Source of the DNA: Candidatus Omnitrophota bacterium
Lineage (GTDB): Bacteria; Omnitrophota; Gorgyraeia; Zapsychrales; Zapsychraceae
Length of the DNA: 64,000 nt
NCBI GenBank assembly: GCA_028280285.1
Contig: JANQMA010000044.1
Coordinates: 1,521 to 65,520 of the forward strand
Direction of reading: 5' to 3'
Each line of letters opens with the position of its first letter. Position 1 is the stretch's first letter. Position numbers and translations under genes: made by a program. The notes below the pieces were generated by a model, which was given only the letters and a program-made list of their open reading frames with translations, made no database searches and was not told the origin of the DNA. Below are positions 18,254 through 26,807 of this stretch, one piece after another.

Positions 18254-21070
18254 ATGGCAGAATCTTATGAAATGTCGGATGATGAAAAGCAAGAAATTAT
18301 AGAGGAGTTTCTTGCCGAAAGTGATCAGTATCTACAGAGTCTCAACGATTGTCTTTTAAAAGCCGAAGAGTTAATTAAAGGCGGACAAACAGTTGAAAAA
18401 GATGATATTAATCTGATGTTCCGTGCGGCGCATACGATTAAAGGAACAGCTTCTTTTATTGATTTGACCACCATTAGCCATCTGACACATGAAATGGAGA
18501 CTGTGCTTGACCGGATCCGTAATGATCAAATGGATTTTACGGTTGAAGCCATCGATGTTTTATTTGCGGCGTTTGATTCCTTAAGTGCATTACTCGAAAG
18601 ATTAAAGACGGAAGGGGATGATCAGGGTGATGTTTCCGAAAGCCTAGAGAAGATTAGACAAATATTATCAGGGGAGGCTCCAGCGGCAGCAGAGGAGCCG
18701 GTTGCAGCCGAAAAGCCTGCCGAGCCGGCCGTCGAAGAACCGCAGGAAGTTGTGCCCGAAGAAAGTGAAGCAAGTTCTGAGTCGGACGAAGAGCTGGAAA
18801 AATACTGGGCGGCATTTATTGAGGACACACAGCAGAATATTGAGCGCTTTGATGAGATTTTGCTTAATATGGAAAAGGGTGATTTTAAGCCCGACTATCT
18901 TAATGAGCTTTTCCGGATCTCGCATACGATCAAAGGTTCTTCAGGCATCGTTAAAAGACGGGATTTAGAAATGTTATCGCATAAAATGGAGGATATTCTC
19001 TCTGGAATGCGTGAAAAAGAAGAACCGCCTGCCGAGCATATTACAACCCTTTTATTTAAAGGGATCGACTGGATTAAAGAAACGGTTAATGAAATTCAAA
19101 GTGGAAAAAGGCAAGAGCGGGATCCGGGTGAATTAGTACAGGAATTTGAAAAACTCCTTGCGGCAGAAGCGGCTTCTCCGGCAGGAGCTTCTGAGGTAAG
19201 TGCCCCAGCAGATCAAGGACAAGCACCGGCCATTGATATTAATGCGTTAAATAGTGAACAAGCTATCAAGTTAGAAGAGGCACGTGGGTTAAAGCAAGCT
19301 GTCTATAATCTTACCATAGCTGTTTCAGAAAAATGTCCGGCCAAAAGTATGAAGGCAATGCTCGCCAAAGAGCGGCTAAGTAAAGAAGGTATCATTATTG
19401 CTATGGTACCTGAGGAGACGGCGATTGACGATAGTTCAACGGCAAAGGTGTCCATTCAATTTTTATATTCGACGAGCGAATCGCAAGAAGGTATTCCTGC
19501 TTTCGTCAGCATTGATGAAATAGAACTTGTTTCTTTAGATAAAATCGATATGGCAGAAGAAAAACCGGCTGAACCGGCTGTTGCTGAGCCGAAGGCAGCC
19601 GCCGCGGCCCCTGCTGCTGCCGCAAAACCACAGGCCGCTCAAAAACCAGTCAAAAAAGAAGCAGCTAAAGAAAAGCAATCAAAGTCTGCTCCGGTTGAAG
19701 TAACAAGTATGCGTGTTGATGTGCGTAAACTCGATAATTTAATGAATCTGGCCGGTGAGCTTGTTATTACACGGGCACGGTTTTCCCAGCTTTTGCTTGA
19801 ATTGAGAAATGAGGTGAGCAGTACAAGGCAGACCATTGATAAGTTCCGGGAAATCGAAAATAGTTTAATGGGTTTAAAAATGAAGACGGCTGAGACGGTT
19901 TCGAGTGCAGAGGCAAACGGCGGTCAAGATCGCGATGAACTTAAGAAGATGATAGAGACCATTGGCCAAAAGTTTCAAGACACCAGCAGGCAAACATCCA
20001 CAAAATTAATTACAGAGAAGATTTATAATATGGATGAGGCCACAAGGAATTTGGAGAAGTTATCCAGTGATATTCAAAATGGTGTTATGCAAACGCGCAT
20101 GGTTCCGATTGAAGGTGTCTTTTCACGGTTTAAACGACTTGTGCGTGATATCGCCAAGGAAATCAAAAAAGATGTGAAGTTGGATATTTACGGCGAGGAC
20201 ACAGAGTTAGATAAGAAGATTACCGACGAGTTGGGTGATCCATTGACCCATATGATCCGTAATGCGGTTGATCATGGTCTTGAAAATACCGAAGAGCGTA
20301 AGGCGACCGACAAACCGCAGCAGGGTACGGTTACACTGGGTGCCATGCATAAGGGGAATAATATTTGTATTGAAATTTCTGATGACGGAAAGGGGCTGGA
20401 TCCGGATAAGATTGCCAACAAGGCGTTTGAAAAAGAAATTATTACCGAAGATGCATTGGAACAAATGAGTGATCGGGAAAAGATGGGTCTTATCTTTGCT
20501 CCGGGCTTTAGCACGGCTGAACAAGTTACCGGGTTATCCGGTCGCGGCGTTGGTATGGATGTGGTTAAAAAGATGATTGAGTCACTCAACGGCACGGTTG
20601 ACATTGAATCCGAAATGGGCCAAGGCACATCGTTTAAATTAAAGATACCACTTACCTTGGCTATTATTCAGGCGCTTTTGGTTGTTATCGATAATGAAGT
20701 GTTTGCATTGCCACTAGAATCTGTTTCGGAAATTGTTAAGGTTATGCCTGATGAAGTTTATCGCATCGAGGGAACAGCGACGATTAAATTGCGTGATCAT
20801 ACATTAAGTTTGGTGGAACTTGAAAAAGTGATTCAAATCGAGCAGAAAAAAATAGGAGCGGATGATGAGCGGCGGGTGGTTGTCATTACGGACGGTGAAA
20901 ATCAAGTCGGTATTTGTGTCGATGAATTAATTGGAGAAGACGAAATTGTTATTAAATCTTTACCGGTCCACTTTACCAACGTGATCGGTATCAGTGGGGC
21001 GTCCATCTTAGGGGATGGGCGGATATGTCTTATTTTAGATGTTGGGGCTATTATAAAGGAAGCGCAATAA
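18254..21070 (+). CDS. cheA: Chemotaxis histidine kinase CheA with two HPt domains
   Basis: FRAAHTIKG and FRISHTIKG; P2-like region; MRVDVRKLDNLMNLAGEL; HMIRNAVDHG; DDGKG; SGRGVGMDVV; C-terminal CheW domain. Confidence 0.97.
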   Translation: MAESYEMSDDEKQEIIEEFLAESDQYLQSLNDCLLKAEELIKGGQTVEKDDINLMFRAAHTIKGTASFIDLTTISHLTHEMETVLDRIRNDQMDFTVEAIDVLFAAFDSLSALLERLKTEGDDQGDVSESLEKIRQILSGEAPAAAEEPVAAEKPAEPAVEEPQEVVPEESEASSESDEELEKYWAAFIEDTQQNIERFDEILLNMEKGDFKPDYLNELFRISHTIKGSSGIVKRRDLEMLSHKMEDILSGMREKEEPPAEHITTLLFKGIDWIKETVNEIQSGKRQERDPGELVQEFEKLLAAEAASPAGASEVSAPADQGQAPAIDINALNSEQAIKLEEARGLKQAVYNLTIAVSEKCPAKSMKAMLAKERLSKEGIIIAMVPEETAIDDSSTAKVSIQFLYSTSESQEGIPAFVSIDEIELVSLDKIDMAEEKPAEPAVAEPKAAAAAPAAAAKPQAAQKPVKKEAAKEKQSKSAPVEVTSMRVDVRKLDNLMNLAGELVITRARFSQLLLELRNEVSSTRQTIDKFREIENSLMGLKMKTAETVSSAEANGGQDRDELKKMIETIGQKFQDTSRQTSTKLITEKIYNMDEATRNLEKLSSDIQNGVMQTRMVPIEGVFSRFKRLVRDIAKEIKKDVKLDIYGEDTELDKKITDELGDPLTHMIRNAVDHGLENTEERKATDKPQQGTVTLGAMHKGNNICIEISDDGKGLDPDKIANKAFEKEIITEDALEQMSDREKMGLIFAPGFSTAEQVTGLSGRGVGMDVVKKMIESLNGTVDIESEMGQGTSFKLKIPLTLAIIQALLVVIDNEVFALPLESVSEIVKVMPDEVYRIEGTATIKLRDHTLSLVELEKVIQIEQKKIGADDERRVVVITDGENQVGICVDELIGEDEIVIKSLPVHFTNVIGISGASILGDGRICLILDVGAIIKEAQ

Positions 21071-21071
21071 T

Positions 21072-21557
21072 ATGAACGAAAATAATAGGATTGTTGTAGG
21101 GATAGGTGATCTAAAGACAGGGCAGGCGCCTTCAGTGATTCGTACAACACTTGGTTCGTGTATTGCCGTATGTTTATATGATCAACAAAAAAAGATAGGC
21201 GGGATGCTGCATTTAATGATGGCAGACTCGCGTGTGGCCGGAAACAGGCCGGATATGCGTCGGGCCAAGTATGCCGATACGGGTATTCCGGATCTAATTG
21301 ATGATTTAAAAAACAAACATAATGTCGAGGTTGGGTCGCTTAAGGCCAAAATATTCGGTGGAGCAAAAGTGTTAAAAGTCGTCACAGCGAATATAGGCGA
21401 GGAGAATGAGGAGGCTGCGAGAAAAATTTTGAAAGGTTATAATATCAGTATCGTAGCGGCGAAAACAGGTGGGGAAAAGGGGTACCAAGTTGATTTTTCT
21501 TTAGAAACAGGAAAAATACAATGCCGGATATTCGGGCAAGAACCAGAGGAGTATTAA
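21072..21557 (+). CDS. cheD: Chemoreceptor glutamine deamidase
   Basis: TTLGSCIAVCLYD, GGMLH, KYAD, AKIFGGA, NIG..N. Confidence 0.94.
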   Translation: MNENNRIVVGIGDLKTGQAPSVIRTTLGSCIAVCLYDQQKKIGGMLHLMMADSRVAGNRPDMRRAKYADTGIPDLIDDLKNKHNVEVGSLKAKIFGGAKVLKVVTANIGEENEEAARKILKGYNISIVAAKTGGEKGYQVDFSLETGKIQCRIFGQEPEEY

Positions 21558-21558
21558 T

Positions 21559-22161
21559 ATGTCGGAGACTACCAGACTTGATAAAATGATCCAGCTTGTT
21601 GCTGAGCAAGCTATTGAAAAATCATCGCAGGTATTATCCAAGTTGCTTAAACAGGGAGCTAAGATTGAACTCAAACAAGTTTCTTTAATGGATATAGCTC
21701 TTGTAACGGAAAAGATGAATGAAGAAGATAAGGAAGTTGTGGCTGCATTCATCGGGCTTGAGGGTGACGCTCCGTTTAAATTTTTATTTTCTGTTGGCAT
21801 GGCAGATGCACTTCAGATAACAGATTTATTTTTAGGTCAGGAAACAGGAACGACCATAGCTTTCGATGATATGACGGCCAGTGCTGTGCAGGAAGTCGGC
21901 AATATTCTATCGAGTGCTATCTCCAATGTCTTTTCTCAAGATTTTCAGGTGGAGATGAAGCCGACACCGCCTGAAGTCATTCAGGATTATTTGGGGACGC
22001 TATTCCAACAATTCATTATGGATCTGGCAATGGAATCGGATCAGATTTTGATTATCGAAAGTAAGTTTAAAATTGTTCGCAGCGAACTTGATTGTTATAT
22101 GTATCTTCTGCCGCTTGCGGGAAGTACTGAGGCGTTGGGTATGGCAACGGGGATGAAATAA
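21559..22161 (+). CDS. cheC: CheC-family phosphatase
   Basis: SAVQEVGNILSSA, PTPP.V..DY.G; follows cheD. Confidence 0.85.
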   Translation: MSETTRLDKMIQLVAEQAIEKSSQVLSKLLKQGAKIELKQVSLMDIALVTEKMNEEDKEVVAAFIGLEGDAPFKFLFSVGMADALQITDLFLGQETGTTIAFDDMTASAVQEVGNILSSAISNVFSQDFQVEMKPTPPEVIQDYLGTLFQQFIMDLAMESDQILIIESKFKIVRSELDCYMYLLPLAGSTEALGMATGMK

Positions 22162-22201
22162 TAAACATTTAACTAACATAATCAAACTATAGGAGTAAAC
22201 A

Positions 22202-22564
22202 ATGAGCAGAAAGCTACTATTAGTCGATGATGCTCCCATTATCCGCCTGAAATTAAAGAATATATTACAGGCGCAAAATTATGAGGTTGTCGGCGAGGCC
22301 AATAATGGCGTGGAAGCTATCGAAAAATACAAGGAGCTTAAGCCGGACCTTGTGACCATGGACATTGTTATGCCGGAGAAAGATGGTATCGAAGCGTTAG
22401 GCGATATTTTAAAGATCGACAGCAATGCCAAGGTTGTTATGGTGACCGCGATCGATCAGCGTGATTCTTTGATGAAAGCTATTCAGTTGGGGGCTGTCGA
22501 TTACATTATCAAACCCTTTGAAGATGAGCGTGTTATCGAGGCGATTAATAAGGCGGCGGGGTAG
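22202..22564 (+). CDS. cheY: CheY response regulator
   Basis: VDDAP, PDLVTMDIVMPEKDG, GAVDYIIKPF. Confidence 0.92.
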   Translation: MSRKLLLVDDAPIIRLKLKNILQAQNYEVVGEANNGVEAIEKYKELKPDLVTMDIVMPEKDGIEALGDILKIDSNAKVVMVTAIDQRDSLMKAIQLGAVDYIIKPFEDERVIEAINKAAG

Positions 22565-22578
22565 GGTCGGGCAGGCGT

Positions 22579-23130
22579 ATGGATACGAATGCAATATTAA
22601 CACAAGCCCTTACAGAGTCTGTCGATGAGATGGCAGGCATTATCTCTCTTTCCCCTAAGATAATTGATGAAGATATAGCCCAGAGTGTTGAAGAGGGTGT
22701 TAGCAGTAAGATTTTTATTAAGGGAGCTTTTAACGGACGGATTATATTTCTTACTGATACCAAGAGTGCGTGTCAGATTGTCTCTAATATGCTTGGTACG
22801 GCTGTAGAAGAATGTACGGATGAGGTGTTGGACGGCATTGGAGAAGTGGTTAATATGGCAATCGGTGGGATAAAATCGCGGTGTGTCAATCAAGGTTATA
22901 ATTTTGAAATTAGTATTCCTAGTACACGTGTTTTAACCCGAAAAGAGGGGCCTGTCACATCTAAAGGAGAACTCATTCAAAAAGATTTCGTATCGGATGA
23001 TATTAAGTTTCAGATAAGGTTAATTTATCGCGTTGCCGAGGGAACGGAGAAGGAGGAGCCGCCACAGGAAGAAACGAAAAAGCCGTCGGCGGCTGACCTG
23101 TTGAGTCAGATGATTAATAAAAAAGACTAG
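22579..23130 (+). CDS. cheX: CheX phosphatase
   Basis: DGIGEVVNMAIGG, FEISIP. Confidence 0.85.
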   Translation: MDTNAILTQALTESVDEMAGIISLSPKIIDEDIAQSVEEGVSSKIFIKGAFNGRIIFLTDTKSACQIVSNMLGTAVEECTDEVLDGIGEVVNMAIGGIKSRCVNQGYNFEISIPSTRVLTRKEGPVTSKGELIQKDFVSDDIKFQIRLIYRVAEGTEKEEPPQEETKKPSAADLLSQMINKKD

Positions 23131-23139
23131 GAGCATCTT

Positions 23140-23415
23140 ATGAATCTACAAAATTTAAAAAGGGCTCAATTTATTCAAAGATTTGCCGTTATTGTGGCTT
23201 TTTATTTTTTTATAAGGGCCATTGTTCAAATTTTTTCGGTAAAGCAGGGCGCTGCCGAACATATCGCTAATTACTTGGTTATTGTTATCTTTCATTCTTT
23301 GATTTTACAAATTGTCAAAGCAGAGCAATATAGAAAGTTAAATCAATTACTTCCTCTTGAAATCATTATGTTCCTCGCAGCTTTTCTCTTAATCGGTTTA
23401 GAGTTTATTTATTAA
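23140..23415 (+). CDS. Small 3-TM hypothetical membrane protein
   Basis: SD AGGAG; three hydrophobic segments; fills the operon gap. Confidence 0.65.
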   Translation: MNLQNLKRAQFIQRFAVIVAFYFFIRAIVQIFSVKQGAAEHIANYLVIVIFHSLILQIVKAEQYRKLNQLLPLEIIMFLAAFLLIGLEFIY

Positions 23416-23419
23416 TTTT

Positions 23420-24376
23420 ATGAATAAGGCAGACGATTTTAGTTTAAAGGGTGTTAAAGTTCTCGTTGCTGAAGATGACATTTCGATTCAGAAGGTTGTT
23501 AAATTTTATCTGGAAAAATTTGGCTGTGTGGTTGATGTAGTTGAAGATGGGCGTGCGGCTGTTGGAAACGTCCAAAACAATGAGTATGACATTTGTTTTT
23601 TTGATATGAATATGCCTGAAATGGGAGGGTGCGAAGCAACGCAGACCATCCGTCAAGAAAAGGCAAACAATATTCCGATTATTGCTATGACAGCGGCGGA
23701 TTCGGCTGATGATAAAGAACAATGTATGACGGCCGGAATGGATGATATTATTACAAAGCCTATTGATTTTATTAAATTTAAAGAAATGATTGCCGCTTAT
23801 AGTAAAGAGGGGAGTCTGCAGTTTGGTATGGAACAAAAAGAATTTCTGGAATTGGCTATTTTTGACTCGGTTCATGATGCATTTACTTTTAATGAAAATA
23901 CTCCTGATTTAATCAAAGATGAGAATATAATCGATGCGCAAGAAGGTGTTTTCAGCACGATGGATTTAACAGGTAATATTTCTGGTACAACTTCGATTTT
24001 TGTTTCGAAAGAGTATGGGAGTGAGATTGTTTCAAAGATGTTAAACAAAAAATCACAAGAATTTTCAGAAGAAACGTTGGATGGCATGGGGGAAATTCTC
24101 AATATCATCAACGGAGGCATTAAAACAAGGTGCGCGTCTATTAATTATCAGTATGAAATAGGTCTGCCTAATACGAAGGTTTGTAGCGCTGCGGATGCAC
24201 AATTATCAGAGTATGATAATACCGTACAACATCACTATCTAGTTTTTGGGAATATTCACTTTCAAATAACCTTATCTTTTAATATTTCTTCTGGTGAGGC
24301 AAAGCAAGCCGCCGGAGAAACAACAAAGACGTCATATGCTGTTGATCTCTTAACGCAGTTAATAACAAAGCACTAA
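23420..24376 (+). CDS. Receiver domain-CheX fusion protein
   Basis: N-terminal REC (VAEDD, FDMNMPEMGG, AMTA, TKPI) plus C-terminal CheX (DGMGEILNIINGG, IGLP). Confidence 0.85.
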   Translation: MNKADDFSLKGVKVLVAEDDISIQKVVKFYLEKFGCVVDVVEDGRAAVGNVQNNEYDICFFDMNMPEMGGCEATQTIRQEKANNIPIIAMTAADSADDKEQCMTAGMDDIITKPIDFIKFKEMIAAYSKEGSLQFGMEQKEFLELAIFDSVHDAFTFNENTPDLIKDENIIDAQEGVFSTMDLTGNISGTTSIFVSKEYGSEIVSKMLNKKSQEFSEETLDGMGEILNIINGGIKTRCASINYQYEIGLPNTKVCSAADAQLSEYDNTVQHHYLVFGNIHFQITLSFNISSGEAKQAAGETTKTSYAVDLLTQLITKH

Positions 24377-24394
24377 ATAGTGATTGTCATTTTT

Positions 24395-24462
24395 TAAACA
24401 ATAAACTTTAAACATTAAACAGATTTAGTCAAAGGGTGTAATGTTGATTGTTTAATGTTTAA
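24395..24462. repeat. Heptamer tandem/inverted element (TAAACA-type)
   Basis: taaacaa taaactt taaacat taaacag ... atgttga ttgttta atgttta, between convergent genes. Confidence 0.75.
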
Positions 24463-24483
24463 CTATTTGTTTTGAAGTGGGCA

Positions 24484-24996
24484 TTAATCGATTTTGCGGA
24501 TAAAAAAGGTGCAGGCGGAGACCATGAGAATCGCTGCGCCCAGATAAAGCATTTCGAGTGGCGTACTAAAGTGAGAGGAGAGGATGGTTTTAAAGAAGTA
24601 GACGACAAGGACCATCACAATCACTTTGAGTAGTTTATTTTTAAGCCCATCAAGTGATGTAATCTCGAGAATATTAACATCTTTATCGTACTTGGCTGGA
24701 TCGATTTTCGATATAAAGAGTTCATAGACGCCGAAGCTAAAAATTAAAAGCACAATGCCAATTAAGTACAGATCGACCGCGCTGATAATGTTTATCACGA
24801 GATCATTGTAGCTTGGTTCAATAGACAGTGATGTGATAAAATATTGGATGCCTTGCATGATTTGAATGCTGCCGGCCACAAAAAGGGCCAGGGCAGAAAG
24901 AAGCGAAAAAAAGACGGCCAGAAAGGTTATAATACGTGATTTCCACAGAAAAGTTTCAACGAATAACTCGGCTTTTTTATCTGCTTGCTCACTCAT
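24484..24996 (-). CDS. yqhA: YqhA / UPF0114 membrane protein
   Basis: ISAVDLYLIGIVLLIFSFGVYELFISKID, I.SLD.LK.KL.KVIVMVLVV. Start taken at the internal ATG (MSEQ). Confidence 0.88.
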   Translation of the reverse strand: MSEQADKKAELFVETFLWKSRIITFLAVFFSLLSALALFVAGSIQIMQGIQYFITSLSIEPSYNDLVINIISAVDLYLIGIVLLIFSFGVYELFISKIDPAKYDKDVNILEITSLDGLKNKLLKVIVMVLVVYFFKTILSSHFSTPLEMLYLGAAILMVSACTFFIRKID

Positions 24997-25129
24997 AGAC
25001 AGTATTAGTTTAGAGAAGGGTTGGTGATTTGTCAAACGAACCGTTAATTTTTAATATTTTTTGCTTTTATGATGTTTTGCTCTTAAAATAAAAGGCGTGC
25101 CGGTTAAATAATCAACCGCATAATATATC

Positions 25130-25636
25130 ATGGATGATAGATCTCAGGGAAAAAAGCCTTTTATCAAACGTATAGGCGGCTATTTACATAAAGTTACACC
25201 GATTGTTGATGGCACCGGCAAGGTAATAAACAGCATTGTTACCCCGTTTCAAGTTGAGCTTAAGCCTAGAGACATTTTTCAAATGATTGTCGGGGCATAC
25301 ATTTTGTGTGTGCCCGTTGCTTTTACTGAAGAAGTTTGGACTCTTTCGCAGGAACTTCCGCTCAAAAATGTGATGTATGTTGCCGGGATGTCGGTGTTTT
25401 TTGTGGCTTGTTATGTGTATTTCAATTTTTACCGGTATAATCTTAAAGAAAATATTTTTGAGTACATAAAGCGCGTCATTGCAACCTACGGGGTTTCTTT
25501 ACTTGCCGTCGGGTTGTTTTTGACGGTCATAGATAAATGCCCCTGGCAGACCGATATGATTTTGGCTGTTAAAAGGATTATTCTTGTCACCTTTCCTTCT
25601 TCGATGGCTGCGACCATCAGTGATACGATTAAATAA
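25130..25636 (+). CDS. DUF2391-family membrane protein
   Basis: D..QMIVGA..L.VPVAFTEEVW, KRVIATY, FPSSMAAT.SD. Confidence 0.75.
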   Translation: MDDRSQGKKPFIKRIGGYLHKVTPIVDGTGKVINSIVTPFQVELKPRDIFQMIVGAYILCVPVAFTEEVWTLSQELPLKNVMYVAGMSVFFVACYVYFNFYRYNLKENIFEYIKRVIATYGVSLLAVGLFLTVIDKCPWQTDMILAVKRIILVTFPSSMAATISDTIK

Positions 25637-25642
25637 TATCTG

Positions 25643-26152
25643 ATGAAAGTTAAAACTATTACTGTTAATGACAAAATGCAAAAGCGTTATCGGTATGAAC
25701 TAGCCGAGCCGATGGGTAAAAACTTTGATAAAGAGTTTAAGCCTGAGCTTACGCCTAAAGAGATGCTCGCGCTGGGTATTTTTGGCGGCAAGTATATGAC
25801 CGATTGTGCCAAAGAGTTTCCGGCGGATTGGTTTAAAGAAGCAAAGCTTTGCACCAAACGTCATGATCCGACATTAAACTGCTTTGGTGTTAATGCCAGC
25901 CAACCGCTTAAAGAATGGGAAAAGAAGGGCTGGATCCACCCCGCCGATCCGCGTGGTTGGTTTCAGTGGTATTGCCGTTATTATATGGGACGGCGCATGC
26001 CGGAGGAAGATCAGCGCCAGATCAAACGCTGGAAAGCGATTAGACGACACATCGCCCAAATCAAAAAATACTGCTCCAAAGGCGACCTTAGTTGCCGCCC
26101 CCGCCAACGTCAGGCTGTTCTCCACTGGGCCTATGACAGCCGGAAAATTTAA
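25643..26152 (+). CDS. Conserved hypothetical basic, Trp/Arg-rich protein
   Basis: LTPKEML.LG.FGGKY, KGWI..DPRGWFQWYCRYY.GRR, RQRQA.LHWAYD. Confidence 0.85.
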   Translation: MKVKTITVNDKMQKRYRYELAEPMGKNFDKEFKPELTPKEMLALGIFGGKYMTDCAKEFPADWFKEAKLCTKRHDPTLNCFGVNASQPLKEWEKKGWIHPADPRGWFQWYCRYYMGRRMPEEDQRQIKRWKAIRRHIAQIKKYCSKGDLSCRPRQRQAVLHWAYDSRKI

Positions 26153-26167
26153 AAAGAAAAAAATAGT

Positions 26168-26196
26168 TAAAAAGTAGTGCCTGGCACTACTTTTTA
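26168..26196. repeat. Perfect palindrome (REP-like or bidirectional terminator)
   Basis: taaaaagtagtgcc-t-ggcactacttttta, between convergent genes. Confidence 0.65.
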
Positions 26197-26202
26197 CAGG
26201 TA

Positions 26203-26631
26203 CTATTTATTCTTGAATATATTCTTCGAAGGATCTTTGATTGCGGCTTTAATCTGTGCGATAACAGCTGCACGCTCGGTTTCGATTTTTTTAACCATGG
26301 CCGGCGGCGCAGCGGTGTTAGGATCGTGATGAGCGCCCCAGATGGACATCTCAAGCAAGACAGGAATAAGGTCAATACCTTTTGGAGTGAGGTCATAGAT
26401 ATTAACTTTGCTGTTGTTTGGGTCCTTGCTTTTGACAACAATGCCTTCTTTCTCGAGCAGGCTTAAGCGGTTGGCCAGGATATTGGTGGCAATGCCTTCC
26501 GGAGAATTTTTAAGTTCGCCGTAGGTTTTTTTATTAAACAGGATAAGGTCGCGGATAATAAGCAGAGTCCACTTATCCCCAAAGATCTCCAAGGCAAAAT
26601 TGACAGGGCAATGCGAACGATTTTTTTTCAT
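26203..26631 (-). CDS. HxlR-family winged-helix transcriptional regulator
   Basis: RSHCPVNFALEIFGDKWTLLIIRDL, EGIATNILANRL, YDLTPKG.DL.PVL. Confidence 0.93.
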   Translation of the reverse strand: MKKNRSHCPVNFALEIFGDKWTLLIIRDLILFNKKTYGELKNSPEGIATNILANRLSLLEKEGIVVKSKDPNNSKVNIYDLTPKGIDLIPVLLEMSIWGAHHDPNTAAPPAMVKKIETERAAVIAQIKAAIKDPSKNIFKNK

Positions 26632-26650
26632 ACTTTCAGTATAATCTTTT

Positions 26651-26705
26651 TACTTGCAAAACACAAGTAAATGTGTATACTTATATTAGTTGCAAAATGC
26701 AAGTA
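26651..26705. promoter_or_regulatory. Two palindromic operator-like sites in the divergent HxlR/GST promoter region
   Basis: TACTTGCAAAACACAAGTA (26651-26669) and TAGTTGCAAAATGCAAGTA (26687-26705). Confidence 0.65.
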
Positions 26706-26732
26706 ATATATGGATATGTAAAATTGATAATG

Positions 26733-26792
26733 AGGTTAGAGGTGAAATTTAGAAATTGACTTTAACCCTTAACCTGTGACCTTTAACCTAAC
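26733..26792. repeat. Degenerate heptamer tandem/inverted element (TAACC-type)
   Basis: aggttagaggtg ... ttgact ttaaccc ttaacct gtgacct ttaacct aac. Confidence 0.5.
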
Positions 26793-26807
26793 ACAAGGAG
26801 AAAAAAG

